DNA of 63,960 nucleotides, the filler included, from Octopus bimaculoides (taxonomy: Eukaryota): the NCBI RefSeq assembly GCF_001194135.2. It is 3 parts of 3 records of this genome, joined end to end, with 100 filler letters (N's around TTAATTAATTAA, not from the genome) between each part and the next. Parts side by side here need not be neighbours in the genome. Positions count along the whole stretch, not along the records: positions 48,584 to 63,960 come from NC_068983.1; 2 more parts are not named here. One strand, written 5' to 3'. The notes beneath the pieces were generated by a model. That model had not been told where the DNA came from. It saw nothing but the letters and a program-made list of their open reading frames with translations, and made no database searches. Shown here in pieces: positions 53,969-63,960 of the stretch. Numbering within the stretch: the stretch's first letter is position 1; every line of letters begins with the position of its first letter. A program made the translations under genes and the position numbers.

Positions 53969-55072
53969 TCTATAATAGTAAATGCGTAAGCGAATGTCAG
54001 TGTGTCAGTGTGTCACACTTTCAGCTTTACTCCTCCAAACCCCTCTCTCCCTATTAAATGACACTTCTACTATTCCTCATGTATTAGCCCCCTCTCACTA
54101 TTCAATAACACTTCTACAATTCCTCATGCTTTACCCCTCTCTCACTATTCAATGACTTTTCTACTATTCTTCATTCTTGGTTTTTTTCTTAATCCTAGCA
54201 TTTTGAACAAATATTTCTCTAAATATTATAATTATTTCTAAAAGTAATTTCCAAAATAAACATTTTGAAAAAATCTTCTCTAAATATTATAACTGTATCA
54301 AATAATTTAACCATAACACATGCTTCATAACGTTCGGTACTGAAATACGTTTTGAACTCTCACTCTCTCATACAATATTACCTCTCTACCATAAAAATGT
54401 TGGAAACTTAGTATTTTTTTCAGATATTAATAAAATTTGTCGTACCTATTTCCATGTCGTCGGCCGTCGGAGTTATGGAAACTTAGCGCACTCTGACTGC
54501 ATGAAAATAGATTCGACTAATTGTATCATTACCTTAAAAAATACTAAATTTCAAACATCCTTATGGTCAAATACGTTTAGAGCAATTCCACACCATAAAA
54601 ATCGCTCTTTAAAATAGTGTTTAGCGATAGTGGTGTAATTTTCCTTCAAACTACGAACAGGAGTTTAGATACGTACCAGCTACTACAAATAATTGTTTGT
54701 ACGAGAAGTAATGCCCTACGTACATCAAATTGTCTTTAAATTAAGTGACGGCAGAAGAATTATCGCTGAACTTTTAAAAGATAAGTTTATCGTTGCCTAC
54801 GGCCAGCTACATGCTGGTTGTTCAAGGATAAGGAATGGAAACAAGTTATTTGTACTGACCCCCAAATGGGAAGACAAAAAATGTTTATCATGCAGCTTTG
54901 CAATAAGTTCCAAGTTGACAAATTATATCATTGTTTTGATGAAAATTGTTCATTGCTTGAAAAATATTGTTCAAGTTTAATAAAATTTAATATGTACCCA
55001 ATGCATAAAGTATCATTGTTTGGCCCAAGGCCCAGTGAAGAGCCCTCCACAGGAGGGCGGCTTTTAAGCTAG
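53969..55072 (+). mobile_element. Non-autonomous Helitron with canonical ends
   Basis: The 5' end is A|TCTATAATAGT (53969). The 3' end has a hairpin GCCCTCC-aca-GGAGGGC (55042-55058) followed 10 nt later by CTAG|T (55069-55072). An internal helicase C-terminal remnant reads YGQLHAGCSRIRNGNKLFVLTP/NGKTKNVYHAALQ*. There are about 40-bp subterminal tandem repeats at 54040-54175. Confidence 0.75.
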
Positions 55073-55549
55073 TGCATACATACATACATACATACATACA
55101 TACATACTTACAGACACATGTTTGTACACATATATGCATATTTAAACCAATTTTTCACATCCGTTTTAACTTCGTTCATAAATATCTGTTCACACATTTA
55201 CGCGCACTGATATTTTGCATACGTTCATATGGAGGGACACGTGTGTGTGTGTGTGTCTATTCCATTACCTAATTTTGGGATTTTTAACACAGCAACCCTT
55301 GCTGCTAACCGTGATCTATAAAATGATTTTTTCAGTTTATCGAACTTCGATACGAAAAAAACTTAGAACTTTCTATGTCAATAAACCACTATTGTTCCTG
55401 AAAGTTTTTTTTTTTTGCCTTCTACAGACTGATCGAAGCTTACTATCTTCCTACATCTTCATCCTTGGCACTTACCTTTACTATCATACACTTATGATAG
55501 ACTTTTAAATGATTTTTCTACATAAAAATACAGATGCGCTTCCCCGCAC

Positions 55550-56880
55550 ACTTATAATAGCATTAACTCTGAAGCTAGACAAATAGCAATTAGCCCGGGT
55601 ATAGCGGCCAGAGTAGAGATCTTGGCCAAGAGAAATGCTGTTATCACTTTAAAAGACCACAAACCAACTTTGCCTCTAACCTCAAATGCTGCTTGATCAA
55701 CCTGGCTAAGTTTGAAACTGGCTAGGCGAGTAAGATTATACTGAAGAAGATTAATGAAGACATAAAGAGGGCCACCGGCCTCCCTCTATGGCGCAACACT
55801 AATGGGGTGACCTCATTGTTTAATGCTAATCGGGCGAGGGGCAGGGATAAGTTTACACAGTTCGACATTCTCGACTTTTACCCTTTCGATTATCACAGAT
55901 ATTAGTGATAGTGATATTAGCACTATCGTGCATGCCAGGAAGACGGTGCTGTTCAACAAAGATTCGTCGTGGGTCAAGCAGTCTGACTTCGATGTGGCTA
56001 TGGGAGCCTACGACAACGCCGATGTCTGCGATCCTATCGGATTATACATCCTGGACACCTACGGGAAGAGATTCTTTCGGTCCTCTTCGATCTCTACAGA
56101 GATGACGCCTTGCCATCTCTAGAGGAGCCAAGGGCACACACTAGAAAGGACCTAATTAGCACCCTAGTCTCCATAGGATTCAAGATCACCATTGAGACTA
56201 ATATCACCACAGTAAACTTCTTATATGTTATTTTATATCTGGCTTCTGGCACACAGGCCCTATCACAAGCCAAACGAGAGACTGTCTTATATTAACACAG
56301 CCTCCTGCCACCACACTATCGTGCTCAAGAACCTAGTGAAGGGGGTCAGCAAGAGAATCTCGAATGTATCCTCTAACCAAGATATCTTCAACGCCATTTC
56401 ACCTTGCGACAATGAGGTACTGGCGTTTGGCGGGTCTAAGGACCGCATCTCTTGCATGCCAGGCCCCGCACCCGGAAAAGGAAGCACCGCCGAAACGTCG
56501 TTTGGTTTTCCCTTCCCTTTCACTCAGTGTCAAGACTTGTGTGGGAAGGATATTCCTCAGATTAATAGACAAGCACTTCACACAGACGCACAGATACAGG
56601 CATTTATTTAACAGGCACAACCTAAGGGTCTCCTTTGGTTGTGCACCCAACATAAAAAGTATTTTAAATAACACCACATAAAAAGTATTTTGAATAAACC
56701 AAGGGAGGAGGCAGGTTGGTCTTTCAGGGAGTACAATAACTGTCCAGTAGTGGGAAGATGCGAGGCCGACAGAGTCATCTATGAAGTTACGGTGACACCT
56801 AGACCTGATAACCACATTACCAGAAATATACCATCCAACTACAATGATGGCACAGGAAGCGATGACAGTAGCAAACTCAC
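55550..56880 (+). mobile_element. Penelope-like element (RT and start of GIY-YIG), degenerate
   Basis: Contains ITLKDHK, FDILDFYPS, FDVAMGAYDNADVCDPIGLYIL, LYRDD, VNFLYV, YHKPNERLSYINTASCH, FNRHNLRVSFGCAPNIKSI and CPVVGRCEADRVIYEVTV, with several frameshifts. Confidence 0.9.
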
Positions 56881-57499
56881 CAAGTTGTCCCTCTCACCAT
56901 GATCTGTAGCACGAACGGATCCGGATTTCAGGGTTATTTCCCTTCGTAGGCGTCCGACAGCCACTGACCTTGGTGAGAGAGACAAAAACCTGGCAATCTT
57001 ATATCTACTTTTCCAGTGAAATTCTTCACTGATATCGAAAAGGTGAAAACATGCAATGTTAATTCTCTAAATGAAGTATTAACAGTAACTGCACGATAAA
57101 GTGTAGTATATTGCCACTTAAGTGTGGCTGACCCCCTGAAATCCGGATCCGTTCGTGCTACAGATCATGGTGAGAGGGATAACTTCCCTTGGCAAACAGG
57201 ACACAGTCGTGTGTCGATAAGCNNNNNNNNNNNNNNNNNNNNNNNNNNNNNNNNNNNNNNNNNNNNNNNNNNNNNNNNNNNNNNNNNNNNNNNNNNNNNN
57301 NNNNNNNNNNNNNNNNNNNNNNNNNNNNNNNNNNNNNNNNNNNNNNNNNNNNNNNNNNNNNNNNNNNACACACACACACACACACACACACATGTGCACA
57401 CAAATTCTTCTCATCACACAATCATGACTGTGGTGTCTGTGTGTGTGAGTATACACACACAGAAACATGACAGAAGTAAATAGACACACTTATAATCAT

Positions 57500-58620
57500 T
57501 AAAATTTATTTAAATCTAAAATTATACATTCAAATTATTTATTAATTGTTATAATGTGAATGTTTAATATTTAGTAGACATGCCCTTTGCATTTTTCTAT
57601 GCAAAGACCTTATTAGGCATATTACTGATCAGATGACGAATATTCTCTTGCGGATTTTCTTGCCAAGTTTCATGCAGTAATCTCAAAAGATCTGGCTTTG
57701 AAGATGCTTTCTTGTTCTTTTAATGAAGTGTCGTGTCCATTATACCCTAGAGGGGTTCAATAGGGTTCATATTTGGTGACTGGCTTGGCCATGGAAGCTT
57801 TTTAATGCCACTCTCTTCCAATCAGTCTTGGGTCATTTTAGCCGTGTGACAAGGAGCCCTATCTTCCATAAATAAAGAGTTTTCTTTAATCATTTCCCCA
57901 CTGGAGAAGATTGGAAGGAGTCTTTTCTGCAACATAAATATATATTTATCTGAGTTTATGTTTCCCTCACACTTCACCTGCTCTGATCAATCATTGCTCT
58001 AGAGTTGCTCCCCAGACCATCACAGAATAGTTGCCGTGTTTCATTGCTAGCTGCAACCTTTTCACGTCAAATTCTTGATTACAGAGTCTCCAAACCCACG
58101 CTCAACCACTATCAGGAAATACAGCAAATCTGGATTCCTTAAAGAATATGACAGTGTTCCAAAATGTTAGTGGCCTCTCCAACATCTCACTGGCTCAGTC
58201 TTTTCTCGCTTGATGTTGGCTGGTCGAAGAAGTGGCTTCCTTCTTGCTTCTCTGCCATAGTAACCAAGTTTGTGGAGATATCCCACAACTGTTCTGGAAC
58301 TGACATCAACTTTCACACTTCTCTTAACAAAGAGAAAGGTCCTGTCAGAGGGCCCTGGTTGATCTGTGCGAGGTGATGCGGACTCCTTCTCCTCTCTGGT
58401 GAATTGCACAATCATTCTATTAACAGTAGAAAGTGGGATCCCAAGGTTTGTTTCGATTTTACGCTATGTCCACCTTCAGAATGTCCCACAATATGGCCAC
58501 TTTGAAATTCAGACAGTTCCAAGGCTTCTTTTGTATGTGGCAGGATTAAACAGTCACATGCAGAACCTGAAACATAAAAATGTCAATTAATAAAAAACAT
58601 AAACCTTTACAAGTTAGAAT
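57500..58620 (-). mobile_element. Tc1-like transposon, degenerate
   Basis: Contains [33 protein letters not shown] (Tc1 HTH/linker), FMEDRAPCHTAK and LPWPSQSPNMNPIE motifs. Confidence 0.9.
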
Positions 58621-58731
58621 AAACATAAAAACGATGTTTTATGAGGTGTCTATTAACTTCTGTGATGTATGTGTGTATATATATATGCATATGTTTATGT
58701 GTGTTGAAACAGCTGCTTAACCACTCAAATG

Positions 58732-59040
58732 TACTCTCGGGTCCAAATAATAGGGGTGGATGGAATAAGCAGGTGGGTTGGACATTTGCTTTAATTCATA
58801 TAAGCGGGTGGGCTGGAATAAACAGGGGGTGAGGGGTGGAAGAGCAGTAATTGTATAGTAGTAACTGTATAGAATTTTAAAATTTTCTAGGTTGCCTCCC
58901 TTGGTTTTTTAAAAACCAGTTATTTACTCTTGGGTCCCAAATAATAGGTGGGGTTGTTGGAATAAGCGGGCGGGTTGGACATTTGCTTAAATTCATATAA
59001 CCAGGTGAGTTGGAATAAAAAGGGTGGGTGGGAATCAGTA
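58732..59040. repeat. Two tandem G-rich units starting TA|CTCTyGGGTCC(C)AAATAATAGG, probably transposon terminus sequence
   Basis: About 100-bp diverged direct copies at 58732 and 58925. Confidence 0.5.
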
Positions 59041-59399
59041 CGAAGCAAAAGAAATTAATAAGAAGCAAGTGAAATTAGCATATACGTGTGCTTCAAACGT
59101 TCACTTTAGTTAGGATATACATTTGTATAATGAGAATAAGACATTTGTTAATTGCGGTAATTATGGGATTTTTTTTTAATGCTGCGGACTAAAGAGATAT
59201 TGATACAAGCAACATGTCTTAAAATGAAAGGAAAGTAAAACACAATGAAACGAGTATAATTACTGTTTCGTGAGCTTGCAGTATTTATTATACTATACAT
59301 AATGAAACATAGCATTCTGTATATAGGTATAAAATGATAAACTCTTGATTTTTTGTCACTGTTCTTATGTTTCTCGGTTTCGATATTCACATATTTACG

Positions 59400-61260
59400 G
59401 ATCACCGAGATTCGCTGACAGTTGACGTGAGTTTGCTTCGATACGGCAAGAAACGTGTATAGGTCTCGTTTACATCCAACACCTTCTGTATTTTTTCAAG
59501 GAACAGGGCATCTTTATTAACCTGATCATCAGTGCTGATTCCTACAAGAGAGATAGAGCTTCCCGCCATCATGTTTGGTCGACCGTGCTTTGGCTTCTGC
59601 AAAACCTCCATGGGGGTTTCTCCAGATGGGTCAATCACCTCCAAAAGATTCCCTGGTGGCTCGCTTTCACCTTCCGACTCACTTTCGGCAGCTTTTTCCT
59701 CAATTCGTCACCGTCAAATAGTTCTGAGCCTTCAATATTGTTTGCACGCTTGACCCATTTCGTTGGAATTAAGTTTTAATGACTCTCTGAATAATATTTG
59801 GGCAGGGTTTTGACATTATCTCTAGACGAAACACTCGCATCGACGGACCGACGAGGTGCATGATTCAGTCTGACACCAGAGGCATCTTCAGAACCATCGA
59901 AAGCTTTTATGGTCCACATCGACTTGAAAACAGCTTCGACGTCAATGTTGCAATCTGCATGTGCTTGATGTAGCATCTGCATCATCTCGGATCGATTGGG
60001 TGTGAGTACTTTATTCGGAGTTAATTAACTTTTCCAGCGCCTTTGCAGTCTCTATTTCGCGATATTTTGCTTTCAGTTGTTTGTGCAAGTGTGTGTCATT
60101 AACTTGAACAAATCTGGTGATACTACCGCCGATGATGACTGGAACATACCCGCTTTTCCAGAGAGCGTCTCTCACTTTCGGCATCAAATGCACCATGTAA
60201 TTATCGAGTACATAAATGGTAAAGTTTGCATGTGAAAACATGTTGAATCGGTTTGAAAAGTTTTCAATAGTACAGGGCAGTTGTTCTAATCTATAAGAAA
60301 CTTTAGAAGACCGTTGATATTTCATTGTACGCAGAGCATTCAGTAGAGGTGGTCTTTTTCCAGTTCCTTTAAATACAAACTCTGGGATACGATTGGTTTT
60401 GGTATCATTGCTAACCTGGGTGAACACTGATATGTTCCCTAGACAAATGGTGGTTTTCTTTGACGAACGTATCTTGATTTCTGAATGATAAGGTAACTTG
60501 TCCGCTACTGTCATTCCGGTGCAAGGGCATTTGATCTCCATTGATGATAGGAGGATCTACGCCAAATTTATCAAGGAAATAACGACGCACACTTCACATG
60601 TTCTTCAAATAATCCTGAATGCGATTAATACATAGTTCTTTGGAGATTGAAATGCGTTTGTTCGGAAATTTCAGTGATACTCCATACTCTTTTTGCTAAC
60701 CTTTCATCCATCTTTTTGAAAAACAAAGCTTTTTCTCAGTTGGTGTGTCTGGGTGTTGGCAAATCCACTCCTCATAAAATTTCTTAGCCTGTAATAGGAA
60801 AAGAGCTTGTGATAATCTCGCATGCAGCGATGTTCCAACATCCACAAACCATTCAAACAAGGTGTCTCTCACGCCTGATGCTTTTACTTTACGACCTCCT
60901 TCAGCGACTCTGAAACGTTTCTTTGGATGTTTTTCAGCGCTGTCAACTTCGCTTTCAGATATTTGCGTTTCACAGCAGAATCAAATAGTCGATCAGAGTT
61001 TTTGACACCGGCCAAATTCGAGTAAAACAAACGAACTGCTTTGGCGAGATATTCCTGTTTCGGGATGTCTGGGACTTGGCGTTTCCTTTTAGCATCCCAA
61101 TGAGTTTTCCCTTTTATTCGCTCTAATTCATAATCATACTCTTTGCATTTGTTCACCACGATAGCAAGTGCTTGCTTTTCTTCTAAAGAATAATATCCAT
61201 ACGTCGCGCCACGAAATATTCTTTTCTCTGCCATAATGTTATGTAAAAAGTTCAAGGGGA
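59400..61260 (-). mobile_element. pogo-superfamily transposase gene, near full length but disrupted (DD35D)
   Basis: HTH-CENPB-like region GRKVKASGVRDTLFEWFVDV... is followed by a DDE_1 region with VLDNYMVH...VQVNDTHL (35 residues between the 2nd and 3rd Asp) and VFKSMWTIKAFDGSED. There are multiple stops and frameshifts. Confidence 0.85.
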
Positions 61261-61633
61261 AATTACTTGAATCGTGTTGATGTTGTTGAATCCTTATTCC
61301 ATAAAAAGCTTGTCCTGTAAGGATAAACAGTTCGTCATTTAAATTCTTAGTTTGCGTGGAATTTATGTTGGTGATTGGTAGAGAAATTGTAGAGAAATTG
61401 AAAATGAAGATTTGTTGACTATAGTGTGGAGCAGCAGTAAACTCACGCGTATGTTACAGACTGGAGCATTTGTCCAACCTCAAATTTTTATAAACTCTGG
61501 CTGGTTGTAAAGCATATTTTCTGATAGCAATTTGTTTTCTATGTGTTTTGAAGCAGGTGTGTTGTATCTCGAAATGATTGCTCTTCTTAGAGTTGAAGGT
61601 TATCAATGCTCTAAAATGATGACTACATATACG

Positions 61634-61698
61634 TTTATTTTATAGACGCCATTGGCGTACTCCCTGAAAGACCATCCCAATGGCGTCTATAAAATAAA
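61634..61698. other. Perfect 22-bp hairpin with a 21-nt loop
   Basis: tttattttatagacgccattgg (61634-61655) is the exact reverse complement of ccaatggcgtctataaaataaa (61677-61698). Confidence 0.9.
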
Positions 61699-62049
61699 GC
61701 ATCAGTAACGTACTTGGCAGCTTTAATGCACTTGTCCCTCCCCACAAATTGTTGGCCTTGTGCCTAAATAAGAAATCATTATTTAAAATTTTCTAGGCTG
61801 TCACTCTTGACCTTTTTTTAAACCAGAATTAGTTATTTAGTTTATATATCCTATTTATTTTATAACATGTGGTATTATTTGTAATGTTCTTTTTCTGTCA
61901 TATACATACGTTTTTAACGTAAAATAAAATTATTATTAGATTCTCCTGCTGTTGTATCAACATGAATAACTTATAATAAAATTTCACCTGAGATAGATTA
62001 GCAAAATTCAATAAGGGGAAAGGATCTTAAAAATGANNNNNNNNNNATA

Positions 62050-63235
<1,186 letters not shown>

Positions 63236-63368
63236 CTTTTTCATTTTTTCATTCACGGAAAACCATCTATTAAATGAAGGCGTAGAAACACCAGTTGGTA
63301 ATATCCTAGCCATGGCCACAACCCTTGAACTAAAGCTAGTAAAAGAAAGGAAAAAGAGTAATGTATGT

Positions 63369-63420
<52 letters not shown>

Positions 63421-63960
63421 TTATATACATACACACATTTATACACACACACACATTTATATACACACACACATACATACATATATAGAGACAAACACAC
63501 GTACACTTGTATACAGATACGTATATATCAATATATATGTAAAATGAGAAATATATAGTGGAAACACTCACATACACATGTATGTGCACACACATACATA
63601 CATAAATATATATATATATATATATAAAATATATAGTTTTAGGGAAAATAACCCAGTTTCAAGAACTCATCGATGAAAATCCACTATCACATATAGAAAA
63701 ATTAATAATTAAAAGCACAATAAATGAGTATATATATAAAGTAAAGTAAATATCATAAGATAAATATAATAAAAAGATTACACGTGTTTCATAACTAATT
63801 TTTAAATAGAAAAGAAATTTAAATCGATTAAAATCAATTGAAATTATCGAAAATAAATTCTATTCAAAAATATTGCTACTCGTCAGATCGTAAGTAGAAC
63901 AATAATTAGATATATATATATCTCAACCAACAATAAGTACCGAATGAATTAATATGAAAT

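Noticed and set aside
56934-57133. Possible hammerhead ribozyme next to the Penelope element
   Set aside because: I could not find the CUGANGA...GAAA core with flanking stems on either strand by eye.

Overview
This is an AT-rich, microsatellite-saturated animal genomic window with many N-gaps. The repeat content (tRNA-derived SINEs, CR1, R4/Dong, Penelope, Tc1, pogo/Tigger, Helitron) and the simple-repeat density suggest an octopod cephalopod such as Octopus; this is inference from recalled repeat sequences, not a database search. Only one host gene is supported: the first coding exon of a midnolin (MIDN) orthologue on the minus strand (19009->18519). It encodes a 116-aa microsatellite-derived poly-Asn/Thr/Ser extension, then the first 48 aa of the ubiquitin-like domain, and ends at a GTAAGT donor. 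No downstream midnolin exon was recognised in 1-18518. The rest of the window is simple repeats and decayed transposons, densest at 45-63 kb. Almost all other ORFs in the track are artefacts of repeats or gaps. I found no convincing new multi-gene system. The best leads are: the low-complexity midnolin N-terminus and its overlapping uORF; two TIR elements carrying TTAGGG cores; two local near-identical duplications that look like templated insertions; a microsatellite born inside a CR1 RT ORF; and several unexplained hairpins. TE and SINE boundaries are approximate unless stated otherwise.
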